In this document: one piece after another, positions 1 through 9,858 of the stretch
How positions within the stretch are numbered: position 1 is the stretch's first letter
Layout: each line of letters begins with the position of its first letter
NCBI GenBank assembly: GCA_965221165.1
Contig: CBDCRP010000003.1
Span: forward strand, 1,024,001 to 1,088,000
Reading direction: 5' to 3'
DNA: 64,000 bases
Source: a bacterium
Lineage (GTDB): Bacteria; UBA8248
Translations under genes and position numbers: made by a program
Notes under the pieces: generated by a model
What the model saw: the letters and a program-made list of their open reading frames with translations, nothing else
The model's database searches: none
What the model was told of the DNA's origin: nothing

Positions 1-491
1 TACCAGATGATCGTCGCAAGATTGTCATACCCTATCCTGCGGCAACGCTCCTGAATGGACGCATGAAGGGGGACAACCGTATGCCTTCCCTTGTTCCTTC
101 GCCTCGATAGGCAGACATCCCCCACCACGCAGACGAGTCTTCCTCCGGGTACGAGAACCCGATAGCAATGCTTCCAGACCTTATCGAGTTCGTCCAGGAA
201 ACTCTCATATTCTTCGATGTCTCCTAGTTGATCTTCATGTTCCCTGTATTTTTTGAGTGTCCAATATGGTGGAGAGGTGACAGCTAGATGAACGGACCCA
301 TCGGGGATGAACGACAAATCACGGGAATCTCCCTGAAACAGCCTGTGTTTGGTCGGCAGTTGCCGGAGCACGTTTTCTATCTGCATCAGCAGTTGATGAT
401 CTTTGGCGATGCGCGGAATGTCCGTCTGCGGGTTTTCCAGATCGCACACGGCATCGGGGAGAAAGGCTGAAAAATCCTGATTCACGCTCAT
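1..491 (-). CDS. Site-specific DNA methyltransferase, beta class (N4-cytosine/N6-adenine), runs off the window edge
   Basis: Not in the ORF track. Manual translation from ATG at 491: MSVNQDFSAF...GDSRDLSFIPDGSVHLAVTSPPYW...YRVLVPGGRLVCVVGD. TSPPY is the catalytic motif IV; ATGA overlap with the upstream methyltransferase stop. Confidence 0.9.
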   Translation of the reverse strand, partial: MSVNQDFSAFLPDAVCDLENPQTDIPRIAKDHQLLMQIENVLRQLPTKHRLFQGDSRDLSFIPDGSVHLAVTSPPYWTLKKYREHEDQLGDIEEYESFLDELDKVWKHCYRVLVPGGRLVCVVGDVCLSRRRNKGRHTVVPLHASIQERCRRIGYDNLATIIW

Positions 492-1483
492 CGGTTATGC
501 TCTCGTCGCCAAATAGGACAAATCTTGTGGCGTGTATGTTGCGCCCCGTGCCTTGCCGGATGAAAGTTCAGCCACAGAGATTCCTGTCTTTTCCCCTTCG
601 ATGAATTGCACGTCTTGGTCGGCGCATCGATTCTCACCCAATTGGTGAACAAGTCGTCATAGAGGTCCGTCCTGTATCCAGATACGACTGCCCTTCCCCG
701 AATGGAATGGAGCATATCGGCGAGTGCTGTGTGTTCCTCGTTCGTCATCTCGTAGCCATATGCGTTCGAGTCGTTGCGGCTCTCGTGCACATACGGGGGA
801 TCCAGGTAAAACAACGTGTCTTCCGTGTCGTAGCGTTCGATGAGTTCCAGTGCGGGGACGTTTTCAATCTGCACCCGCAGAAGCCTTTGGACAATCTCGG
901 GCAGAGCGTCGATGGCGCCCAGCCAGCGTGAAACCGCTCCGGCCATACCCGCGCGGGAGGTGAGCACGCAATGGGCCCATCGTCCTTCGCTGCTCGTCTG
1001 GGCCAGGCCGGTGCGCGTTTGTCTGGCCCTTACGTAAAACCTTCTCGCCCTTTCCATGCTTGGCAGGTCGGGTTCGAAACGACATGCCTTGACGAGTTCT
1101 TCCCGTGAAAACGGCGTGAGGCTGATCGCCTTGATCAGTTCCTCCCCGTGGTTCCTCAATGTTTCGAAGAAATTGACCAGTTCCGAATCGAGGTCGTTGT
1201 ATGTCTCCACCAAACTGGGTTTCCGATTGATCAGAATCGCCGCCGAACCGCCGAACACGTCACAAAAATGCACGGCGTCCTCCGGCAGATGAGGCAGAAT
1301 GAAGTCGAGGTGCGAGAATTTTCCGCCATACCAACCAAAGGCGATCATCTTCTTTCGCCTCCGGCTCGCGTTCTTGACTATCCGCCTGCTGTTGATCGCC
1401 CTCTGCATTTCATATCCTTTTGAACCATTTGCTTCCGTCGATTCACCACTAGACTCAATAGGCGTTATTTCGCTGCGCTTCAT
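488..1483 (-). CDS. DNA adenine methyltransferase, Dam/D12 class
   Basis: WYGGK, DVFGGSA SAM-binding motif, YND, YLDPPY catalytic motif. True start may be somewhat downstream. Confidence 0.9.
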   Translation of the reverse strand: MKRSEITPIESSGESTEANGSKGYEMQRAINSRRIVKNASRRRKKMIAFGWYGGKFSHLDFILPHLPEDAVHFCDVFGGSAAILINRKPSLVETYNDLDSELVNFFETLRNHGEELIKAISLTPFSREELVKACRFEPDLPSMERARRFYVRARQTRTGLAQTSSEGRWAHCVLTSRAGMAGAVSRWLGAIDALPEIVQRLLRVQIENVPALELIERYDTEDTLFYLDPPYVHESRNDSNAYGYEMTNEEHTALADMLHSIRGRAVVSGYRTDLYDDLFTNWVRIDAPTKTCNSSKGKRQESLWLNFHPARHGAQHTRHKICPIWRREHNR

Positions 1484-1587
1484 TATCGCTCGGGGTCTCG
1501 TTCGGGCGTGGAATAATCCTGTTCACCCATACTAATGGGGATTTACCTTTTCGTCAAGCACTTTCGTATAATTATCGTCTCATATTC

Positions 1588-2358
1588 TCACACAAACCGC
1601 CTCACCCCCGGGAACACCTCCTCCCGTCTCAAATCCGTCTCGTCGTGGCCGGCGAAGATGAGGTCGGTCGCATCGGCGAGGTCCTTGACTTTATCGAGCG
1701 CGCGCAGCGCGTCGTCCACGTGGATGTGGATGCCCGGCGGTATCATGGATTCGAGGCTCCGGTAGAGATAGGCCGCGTCCACGGCCAGCACCGCCCAGCC
1801 GCGCGCCGTGCGGAAGCGGATAATCTGGTGGCCCGGCGTATGGCCGCCCACCCGGTGGACGTGCACGCCGTCGGCAATCTCCGCCTCCCCGTCCACGAGT
1901 TTCATACGGCCGGCCTCATGGAGGCGTTCGGCTTCGGCCAGATCGCCCAGAAAATGGTTGATGAAGTGGTATTCCGCCGCTTCGCTCCGCCAGAAATCGA
2001 GCTCGCGCCTCTGGAGATAAAAGCGCGCACCCGTGAAGAGTCTCGGCGACATGAAATGATCCCAATGAAGATGGCTCACGATTAAAGTCTCGACATCCGA
2101 GGGTTTGATGCCGAAATGGCCGAGCAACTCCCGCTGTTGGCGGTAGTCGGCGTAATCGGGATTGCGCGCCTTCTGGGACTCCTCGCTGAAGCCGGTGTCG
2201 ATAACGATGGGCGCGCCGCCATTCTCAGGCGTGAGAATCCAGAAGAAATAGGGGAGCGTGCGCGTCCTCCCCGATTCGCTCAAGTAAAGGAGCCAGGAGG
2301 CGTCGCACGCGCGCGAGCCCTGGCACAGGGCGTAGAGGTGATAGGTCGTCTCGCTCAA
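1588..2358 (-). CDS. MBL-fold metallohydrolase, N-acyl-homoserine lactonase family
   Basis: IDTG, SHLHWDH, GHTPGHQ, DAAY and AGHD motifs. TTG start at 2358 follows GGAGG. Confidence 0.85.
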   Translation of the reverse strand: MSETTYHLYALCQGSRACDASWLLYLSESGRTRTLPYFFWILTPENGGAPIVIDTGFSEESQKARNPDYADYRQQRELLGHFGIKPSDVETLIVSHLHWDHFMSPRLFTGARFYLQRRELDFWRSEAAEYHFINHFLGDLAEAERLHEAGRMKLVDGEAEIADGVHVHRVGGHTPGHQIIRFRTARGWAVLAVDAAYLYRSLESMIPPGIHIHVDDALRALDKVKDLADATDLIFAGHDETDLRREEVFPGVRRFV

Positions 2359-2501
2359 GTCGAAACCTCCATGTTTATCGAGAAATCGCGCGAAAATTGG
2401 TCTTCGTTGTTCGATGGCGATGATTATGCCATTATTTTCCGAACATAAAACGCCCATTTCGGTATTTCGATTTTTGAGAACCATCCCGAAGGGTCTGTGT
2501 T

Positions 2502-4847
2502 TTGGATAATACCCTCATCATCGTTTTCTTCCCATTCGCAGCCGCCCTCATCATTCCCTGGTTCGCAGAGCGTTTCAGGAAACACGCCGCGTGGTTCGCC
2601 ATGGTTGCGCCCATCGTCAGCACCTGGGCGCTCTTTGACCTTTATGGCGAATGGGCGGCCGGCGGACAGAAGACCATCACGCACGCCATCGCCTGGGTCC
2701 CTGCGGCGAACGTGGAAATATCCTTCATGGTGGACGGCCTGAGCCTCATGTGGGGATTTCTGGTGGCGGGCATGGGCGCGCTCATCGTCTTGTACTCGCA
2801 CTGGTATCTGCACGCGCACGAGGCGCTCGGGCGCTACTACGGCTTTCTCATCGCGTTCATGGGCTCGATGCTGGGCGTGGTGTTCGCAGACCACCTGATA
2901 TCGCTGTTCATCTTCTGGGAACTCACGAGCATCACCTCGTTTTTCCTGATCGGCTTCTGGTCGGACAGGGACGCCTCGAACTATGGCGCGACGAAAGCCA
3001 TCCTCATCACGGGCGGCGGGGGCCTCGCCATGCTGGGGGGATTCCTGCTCCTGGGCGACATGGCGAACGAATGGCGGCTTTCGCAACTGGTGCTGACGCC
3101 CGGCATCGCGAAAGAAATATCGCTCGGCGTCTTTTTGCTGATCATCCTGGGCGCGGCCACCAAGAGCGCGCAGTGGCCCTTCCACATCTGGCTGCCGAAC
3201 GCCATGGAAGCGCCCACGCCCATCAGCGCCTTCCTGCACTCGGCCACCATGGTGAAGGCGGGCATCTATCTGCTCTCGCGCTTTTATCCGATTCTGGGCG
3301 CGCACCCCGCCTGGGGCTACGTGGTGACGGGCTTCGGCATGACGACGATGATAGCGGGCGGCCTGCTCTCGCTCAGGGCTTATGACCTGAAGGCGATTCT
3401 GGCGTATGGCACCATCAGCCAACTGGGCTTGATCGTCACCTTCCTGGGTTACGGCGGCAAGGGAGCCGTCATCGGCGCGACGCTCCACCTCTACAACCAC
3501 GCGGCGGCCAAGGCGGCGATGTTCATGACGGTGGGCATCATCGACCACGAGGCGGGCACGCGCGACGTGAGGCTCCTGGGAAATTTAAGAAAGCTCATGC
3601 CGAAGACGCACGTCTTGGCAGTCATCGCGGCGCTTAGCCTGATCGGCATTCCGCCCATGGGCGGGTTCATCACCAAGGAGATGCTGTATGAGGCGAGTTT
3701 ACGCCCCGGCGGCCCCGGTAGCTGGGGCTGGTTCTGGCCGTATTTGACCGTTCTGGCGGGCGTGTTCACGGCGCTTTATCACCTGAGATTCTTAAGCGAG
3801 CCCTACTGGCAGGCGGCGGAAGGAGAAACGCCCAAACATCCCCATGACCCGCCATTGGGGATGCTGGCCGCGCCTGCGATTCTCGTTCTCATGGCCCTGG
3901 CCTTTGGCCTCGCGCCGGGCTTGATCGAGCACTCCCTCGTAGCACCCGCAGCGGAGGCCACCCTGGGCGGCGGAGCGCATCTTGAACTCCATCTCGGCCT
4001 CTGGCACGGGGTGAACTTAGCCCTAATCATGTCGGTCATCACGATGGCGCTGGGCTTGGCGCTCTACTTCGGCTTCGCGCACGTAAAGACCGCGCTGGAC
4101 GCCGCCGCCCGCGTATGGGGGAATGCCCCCGCTCCGAACAGAATCTATGACGCCTCGATCGACTGGCTGCGCAACGGCACCTGGGAGATTCTCCTCCTGA
4201 TACAGGACGGGAATCTGAGGCGCTACATGCGCTTGATGCTGGTCCTGCCCACCGCAGCCGCCCTCTACCTGGTCTGGCGGATGGATTGGGGGACAAAAAT
4301 CTTCCCTGAGAATTTCGCGGGCGCGTCGTTTCTGCTCGTCGTGATCGCGATGATGATCATGGCCGCCGCCCTCGCCACGGCGCTCTTTAAGCGAAGAATT
4401 TCGGCGATCCTCGCTCTCGGCACGATGGGCTACGGCATCTCGGGGCTGTATCTGCTCCTGAAGGCGCCCGATCTCGCGCTCACGCAGATCATGATCGAAT
4501 CGGCCTCGGTCGTGCTTTTTCTGCTCGTGTTCTATTACCTGCCCGAGCTCAAGCCCGTTCCGCGCTCGGCGGCGAAGAAGGTGCGCGACTGGGGCATCGC
4601 GGTCGCTTTGGGCGTCTGCGCGACGCTCGCCATGGCCGCCGCCATGAACACGCACAAGTTCCGCACCATTGCGGATTACTTCATGCGCACGAGCAAGCCG
4701 GTGGCGGGCTTCAAGAACGTGGTCAACGCCATCATCGTCGATTACCGGGGATACGACACCCTGGGCGAGATCACCGTGCTGGTCATCGCAGGCATCGCCA
4801 TCTACGCCATCGTGCGGCTGGTGGGAGACATGAAATGGGATCACTGA
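2502..4847 (+). CDS. mrpA: Mrp Na+/H+ antiporter subunit A
   Basis: [68 protein letters not shown]. Confidence 0.95.
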   Translation: MDNTLIIVFFPFAAALIIPWFAERFRKHAAWFAMVAPIVSTWALFDLYGEWAAGGQKTITHAIAWVPAANVEISFMVDGLSLMWGFLVAGMGALIVLYSHWYLHAHEALGRYYGFLIAFMGSMLGVVFADHLISLFIFWELTSITSFFLIGFWSDRDASNYGATKAILITGGGGLAMLGGFLLLGDMANEWRLSQLVLTPGIAKEISLGVFLLIILGAATKSAQWPFHIWLPNAMEAPTPISAFLHSATMVKAGIYLLSRFYPILGAHPAWGYVVTGFGMTTMIAGGLLSLRAYDLKAILAYGTISQLGLIVTFLGYGGKGAVIGATLHLYNHAAAKAAMFMTVGIIDHEAGTRDVRLLGNLRKLMPKTHVLAVIAALSLIGIPPMGGFITKEMLYEASLRPGGPGSWGWFWPYLTVLAGVFTALYHLRFLSEPYWQAAEGETPKHPHDPPLGMLAAPAILVLMALAFGLAPGLIEHSLVAPAAEATLGGGAHLELHLGLWHGVNLALIMSVITMALGLALYFGFAHVKTALDAAARVWGNAPAPNRIYDASIDWLRNGTWEILLLIQDGNLRRYMRLMLVLPTAAALYLVWRMDWGTKIFPENFAGASFLLVVIAMMIMAAALATALFKRRISAILALGTMGYGISGLYLLLKAPDLALTQIMIESASVVLFLLVFYYLPELKPVPRSAAKKVRDWGIAVALGVCATLAMAAAMNTHKFRTIADYFMRTSKPVAGFKNVVNAIIVDYRGYDTLGEITVLVIAGIAIYAIVRLVGDMKWDH

Positions 4848-5260
4848 TTCTGCGGACGATAGCGCCCGCCGTCCTGCACCTGACGCTGCTGTTCTCGTTT
4901 TTTCTGCTCATCTACGGCCACAACCAGCCCGGCGGCGGGTTCATCGCGGGCCTCATGACGTCGGTGGGCATCGTGCTCCAGTGGGTGGCGGTGGACGCCG
5001 AGGAGGGCTGGCGGCGGTTCAACTGGCCCTATGAGGGAATCTTCGTGGCCGGGCTTGCGCTCTCCACCCTCACGGGGGTGTGGGGCTACATAAAGGGAGC
5101 GTATCTCAAAAGTTCGATATATCACTTCTCCCTGCCCTTCATCGGCGACGTGGAGTTGTTCACCGCCTTTTTGTTCGACGTGGGCGTCTACGGCGTGGTG
5201 GTCGGGGTGGTGATGTCCATCCTCACTAACCTGTGCGCGCAGGAGACGGAAGACTCTTAG
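4835..5260 (+). CDS. mrpB: Mrp antiporter subunit B
   Basis: [13 protein letters not shown] and FDVGVY motifs; operon position. Confidence 0.93.
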   Translation: MGSLILRTIAPAVLHLTLLFSFFLLIYGHNQPGGGFIAGLMTSVGIVLQWVAVDAEEGWRRFNWPYEGIFVAGLALSTLTGVWGYIKGAYLKSSIYHFSLPFIGDVELFTAFLFDVGVYGVVVGVVMSILTNLCAQETEDS

Positions 5261-5345
5261 GGGATACAGAAGAAGCCCGCGGAACGGGCGGCGGCATGAA
5301 CCCCCGCCTCCTCCCCGGACGCAAAGGCGCGAAGGAGATATTAAA

Positions 5346-5696
5346 GTGCTCTGGATACTGGCGATGATCATCGGCGTGCTGGTGACGGTGGCGTCCTACC
5401 TCATCATGCAGCGCAGGATCATCCAGGTGGTGCTCGGCATGGCGGTGCTCAGCCACGCGACGAACCTGATGATCGTCGCCTCCGGCTGGGTGGGGGACGG
5501 GAAAGCGCCCATCGTCCCGAAAAAAGGCGGCCCGCTCGACCCGTTCACCTACGTCGACCCCCTGCCCCAGGCCATGGTGCTGACCGCCATCGTCATCAGC
5601 TTCGCCGTGACGGCGTTTCTGCTCGTCCTGGCGTTTTTCACCTACCGCAAGTTCCAGACCGACGACATCGACGAGATCAGGAGGCTCAGGGGATGA
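5346..5696 (+). CDS. mrpC: Mrp antiporter subunit C
   Basis: DPLPQAMVLTAIVISFA motif. Confidence 0.95.
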   Translation: MLWILAMIIGVLVTVASYLIMQRRIIQVVLGMAVLSHATNLMIVASGWVGDGKAPIVPKKGGPLDPFTYVDPLPQAMVLTAIVISFAVTAFLLVLAFFTYRKFQTDDIDEIRRLRG

Positions 5697-7168
5697 ACGC
5701 CATCTTCCCGCTGTTCGTCGTCTGGCCGCTGGCCACGGGCACGTTCCTGTTCCTCATCCGCAAGAGGAGCGTACTCCAGGAATCCCTGAGCACCCTTGCG
5801 CTGCTGGTGAACCTGATTCTTGCGGTCGCGCTTTTGAGCGCGACGGCGGACGGCACGATATTCGTCCACAGAATGGGCCTATGGCCCTTCCCCTACGCCA
5901 TCGTACTGGCCGCCGACAGGCTCACCGCCACGATGTTGTGCCTCTCCGCCTCCATCGTGGGCGCGTGCGCGGTCTTCGCGAGAAGCTATCTCACGGACGA
6001 TCAGCGAAAAGAGGCCTTTCACCCCCTGCTGCACTTCCTGCTGATGGGGATACAGGGGTGCTTCATCACGGGCGATCTGTTCAACCTCTTCGTTTTCTTC
6101 GAGGTCATGCTCATGGCCACCTACGCGCTGCTGGGTTTCTACTACAACCTCGATCAGCTGGAGATGGCCTTCAAGTACACGTGTCTGAACCTCATCGCAT
6201 CGGCCTTTTTCCTGCTGGGCGTCTCGCTTCTCTACGCCCAGGTGGGCACGGTGAACATGGCCGACCTGGCCGAGAAGATAAAACTCCTGGGGCCGACTCC
6301 CCTCATCGTGGTCACCGCCCTGGTCTTCGTGTTCGTATTCAGCGTCAAGGCGGCGATTTTCCCCATGCACCTGTGGCTGCCCTCCGCGCACTCGATATCG
6401 CCCACCCCCATCAGCGCCATCCTGGCGGGCGTGCTCGTCAAGGTGGGCATCTACGCCATCATCCGCTGCGCCACCCTCATCTTCCCGGCGGCGTTCCTGA
6501 TACTCCAGCCGGGGCTCATCGCCCTGTGCCTTCTGACCATCGCCATGGGAGCGCTCGGCGCCCTGCCCCAGACGAGCCTAAAGCGCATCCTGGCCTACAG
6601 CACCATCAACCAGCTAGGCTACATCGCCTTCGGCATCGCACTTCTCTCACAGGCGGGACTCGCGGCGGCGGTTTTCTACATCGTCGGCCACGCCTATCTG
6701 AAAAGCGCGATGCTCCTGGGCGCGGGCCTGAACCAGAAACTCACGGGCACGGTGGATCTGGACGAGATGGGCGGCATGATGGGCAAGGCGCCTTTCGCCA
6801 GCCTGCTCATGCTCGTGGGGTTCCTGTCCCTGGCGGGCTTTCCGCCGTTCACGGGCTTTTTCGCCAAGCTCTTCGTGCTCCAGGCGGGCTTCTCCCAGGG
6901 CGCGATTCTCGCGACGGGGATAGCCCTGGGATTCGGCGTGATATCACTTTATTATAATTTCACGACGTACCAGCGCTACGCCTGGGGAACGGGCGGCGGC
7001 GAGGTCGGCGCCGCCGGTGCCGGCATCTACGGCTCGGTCGCCTTTCTTTCGGCCTTCGCGGTTCTATTCGGCCTGGGCGCCTTCTGGCTCTTCGAGTGGG
7101 CGCAACTCGTGGCCGCCCAGCTCACGAGACCGGAACTATACATCGCCGCCATGCAGAAAATCGGATAA
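5693..7168 (+). CDS. mrpD: Mrp antiporter subunit D
   Basis: TGDLFNLFVFFEVML, KAAIFPMHLWLP, LAGFPPFTGFFAK. Confidence 0.95.
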   Translation: MNAIFPLFVVWPLATGTFLFLIRKRSVLQESLSTLALLVNLILAVALLSATADGTIFVHRMGLWPFPYAIVLAADRLTATMLCLSASIVGACAVFARSYLTDDQRKEAFHPLLHFLLMGIQGCFITGDLFNLFVFFEVMLMATYALLGFYYNLDQLEMAFKYTCLNLIASAFFLLGVSLLYAQVGTVNMADLAEKIKLLGPTPLIVVTALVFVFVFSVKAAIFPMHLWLPSAHSISPTPISAILAGVLVKVGIYAIIRCATLIFPAAFLILQPGLIALCLLTIAMGALGALPQTSLKRILAYSTINQLGYIAFGIALLSQAGLAAAVFYIVGHAYLKSAMLLGAGLNQKLTGTVDLDEMGGMMGKAPFASLLMLVGFLSLAGFPPFTGFFAKLFVLQAGFSQGAILATGIALGFGVISLYYNFTTYQRYAWGTGGGEVGAAGAGIYGSVAFLSAFAVLFGLGAFWLFEWAQLVAAQLTRPELYIAAMQKIG

Positions 7169-7179
7169 GGGAAGGCCTG

Positions 7180-7653
7180 ATGTCGCTCGCCACGCTCGCA
7201 TTCACCATCGCCACCATCTGGATATTCCTGCACGGAAGCGCGACGCCCGGGCATTTCTTCGTCGGGTTGATCATGGCGGCCTTCATCATCCGTTTTCTCA
7301 AGAAATCCTACTACCAGGACAGGGCGTTTTTTCGTATCGGCAGCTATTTCAGATACTTGAGAAGTTTTATCTGGGAGTTGTTCATCGCCAACTTCCAGGT
7401 GCTGAAAATCGTGCTCTCGCCCCGGTTGTCGATTCGCCCGGGCATCATCCCCTACAAGACGATGTGCAAGACGCCCCTGGGCGTTACCATGCTGGCCAAC
7501 TCCATCACCCTCACGCCCGGCACGCTGAGCATCGACGTGTCCGAGGATCACGAGACTATTTTCGTCCATACGCTGGACATCGACCATCCCGACGAGGTGG
7601 CGGAAAGCATCCGGGAGGGCTTGGAGCGTCCCATCGTGGGAGCCGTGGAATGA
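7180..7653 (+). CDS. mrpE: Mrp antiporter subunit E
   Basis: LANSITLTPGTLS motif; ATG at 7180. Confidence 0.93.
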   Translation: MSLATLAFTIATIWIFLHGSATPGHFFVGLIMAAFIIRFLKKSYYQDRAFFRIGSYFRYLRSFIWELFIANFQVLKIVLSPRLSIRPGIIPYKTMCKTPLGVTMLANSITLTPGTLSIDVSEDHETIFVHTLDIDHPDEVAESIREGLERPIVGAVE

Positions 7654-7919
7654 TACAGGCGGCCGTTCAGATAAGCCTCGTCATGCTGGGACTCTCGGTG
7701 GTCCTGGCGTTTATCCGCCTCGTCAAGGGACCCACGACTTCGGATCGCGTGGTGGCGGCGGACACCCTCGCCACGAACGTTCTCGGCGTCATCACGCTGT
7801 TCGCCATTCAAACCGGGAACAAGCTGTTCATCATCGCCGTGCTCGCACTGGCTATCCTGAGCTTCGTCGGCACCACGGTGTATGCGAAGTTTCTCGAGAG
7901 GGGGAAAATCATTGAGTGA
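7650..7919 (+). CDS. mrpF: Mrp antiporter subunit F
   Basis: MIQAAVQ...RLVKGPTTSDRVVAAD...FVGTTVYAKFLERG, the C-terminal part of track ORF 7017..7919. Confidence 0.92.
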   Translation: MIQAAVQISLVMLGLSVVLAFIRLVKGPTTSDRVVAADTLATNVLGVITLFAIQTGNKLFIIAVLALAILSFVGTTVYAKFLERGKIIE

Positions 7920-8286
7920 CGTTCTCGCCGCAGCCTTGTTGCTGGGAGGCGCGTTCTTCATGCTGGTCGCCAGCGTAGGCCTCCTCCGCCTGCCCGACGT
8001 CTATTGCCGCATGCACGCCGCCACCAAGGCCACGACTTTCGGCATGGGCGGCATCCTCCTGGGCGCGAGCATCATCTTTCAGAGCGTCACCGTCACGACG
8101 CAGGCGTTTCTGGCCGTTTTCTTCCTGTTCCTGACGGCGCCCGTCGCCGCGCACCTGATATCGAGGGCGGCCTACAAGCGCGGACCCGACCTGTGCCCCG
8201 AGACCACGCACGATGAATACGGGAAATATCTGGAGGGGCGAAAGGCGGAGGAAAACCCCTCGCCCGGGGGTGGGAACGAGGGATAA
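7912..8286 (+). CDS. mrpG: Mrp antiporter subunit G
   Basis: GLLRLPDVYCRMHAATK and FLTAPVAAHLISRAAY; TTG start overlaps mrpF. Confidence 0.93.
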   Translation: MSDVLAAALLLGGAFFMLVASVGLLRLPDVYCRMHAATKATTFGMGGILLGASIIFQSVTVTTQAFLAVFFLFLTAPVAAHLISRAAYKRGPDLCPETTHDEYGKYLEGRKAEENPSPGGGNEG

Positions 8287-8475
8287 CGCATCGCCGACGC
8301 CATCGAGCGCCTGCCGCTCATCGTGTATCCCTCCTCCATCGGCGGCATACATTGCGCCACTTTTGAGACGTTTTTTATGATATAATCATGCAACCTGAGA
8401 TAAACCTTATTCATTGAGAATCGTTAACGCTTCAAGACACGAGTCCCCTTAGAGAAAACGAGGAGGAATAATCCA

Positions 8476-9825
8476 ATGGCAACAAAAAAAACGACTTTCT
8501 GGATCATCGCCTTCGGCTTTGCGCTAGCCGTCCTGGCGGCGCCCTTCGGCGCAATCGCGCTCGAGAAGAAACTCGTCATCGTCACGTCCTACCCGCCGGA
8601 TACGACGACCACCGTCAAAAAGGCTTTCGAGAAGAAACATCCCGGCATCAAGGTCGAGATGCTCAAGAAAAAGACCACGGCCGGCATCAAGTATTTACAG
8701 GAGACCGCCTCCAACAACAGGTCCGACATGTTCTGGGCCTCAGCACCCGACGCTTTCGAAGTGCTCAAGGGCGACAACCTTCTGCAGAAGTACAAGGTCA
8801 AGATCAAGGGCATTCCCAAGAATGTGGGCGCCTTCCCGATCAACGACCCCGAGGGTTACTACAAGGGGTTCGCGGCATCGGGCTACGGCATCATGTGGAA
8901 CACCCGCTACCTCAAGGCCAAGAAGCTGCCGGCGCCGAAGACCTGGGCCGATCTGGCCAAACCCGTCTACCACGGCCACGTCGGCATGAGCGCGCCGTCG
9001 CGTTCCGGCACCACCCACCTGACGGTGGAGACTCTCTTGCAGGGCAAGGGCTGGGAGAAAGGCTGGGCCGAGTGGAAGGCCATCGCCGGGAACTTCAAGA
9101 CCGTCACCGAGCGCAGCTTCGGCGTGCCCGACGGCGTCAACTCGGGTCAGTTCGGCCTCGGCATCGTGATCGATTTCTTCGGCCTCTCGTCCGAGGCTTC
9201 GGGATTCCCGGTCATGTTCATCTATCCGCCGGTGACGACCCTGGTGCCCGCCAACATCGCCATCGTCAAGGACGCGCCGCATCCCAAGGCCGCCGCGGCA
9301 TTCATCGAATTCCTGCTCTCGCCCGCTGGCCAGGAAGTCCTGCTCGACCCGAAAATCAGGCGACTGCCCGTGAACCCGGCGACCTACGCCAAAGCGCCCG
9401 CCGGCTTCCCCAACCCGTTCAAGGACAAGTCCATCGGCGCCGCGGTCAAGTTCGACCTGCAACTCTCCAAAAACCGCTACAACGTCATCAACTCCCTGTT
9501 CGACGTGATGGTCACCTACCGCCTCAAGGATCTGCGCGCGGCCACCAAGGCGATCCAGACCGCAGAGGCGCAAATGGGCGGCAAGTCCAACATGGCGGCC
9601 AAGAAGCTGATCGACGAGGCCAGGGCGCTCGTGACCAAAGTGCCCATCACCGCCGCCCAGGCGAGCAAAAAGGACTTCAACCGCATATTCAAGAAGAAGC
9701 GCAAGAAGGCGACCACCAAGGTGACCGGCCGCCAGGCCGAGATCGAGCAGGGCTGGGACACCCAGGTCAAGGCCAACTACGCCAAGGCGAAGGCCCTGGC
9801 CGAGAAGGCGGCGTCCATGCTCTAA
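8476..9825 (+). CDS. ABC transporter substrate-binding protein, Fe3+/polyamine/thiamine class
   Basis: Signal peptide; PSRSGTT and AAAFIEFLLSPAGQ motifs; GAGGAGG RBS. Confidence 0.88.
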   Translation: MATKKTTFWIIAFGFALAVLAAPFGAIALEKKLVIVTSYPPDTTTTVKKAFEKKHPGIKVEMLKKKTTAGIKYLQETASNNRSDMFWASAPDAFEVLKGDNLLQKYKVKIKGIPKNVGAFPINDPEGYYKGFAASGYGIMWNTRYLKAKKLPAPKTWADLAKPVYHGHVGMSAPSRSGTTHLTVETLLQGKGWEKGWAEWKAIAGNFKTVTERSFGVPDGVNSGQFGLGIVIDFFGLSSEASGFPVMFIYPPVTTLVPANIAIVKDAPHPKAAAAFIEFLLSPAGQEVLLDPKIRRLPVNPATYAKAPAGFPNPFKDKSIGAAVKFDLQLSKNRYNVINSLFDVMVTYRLKDLRAATKAIQTAEAQMGGKSNMAAKKLIDEARALVTKVPITAAQASKKDFNRIFKKKRKKATTKVTGRQAEIEQGWDTQVKANYAKAKALAEKAASML

Positions 9826-9858
9826 CCCTCGTTTTGCGGGATCGAGGAAGGGGGGAGA

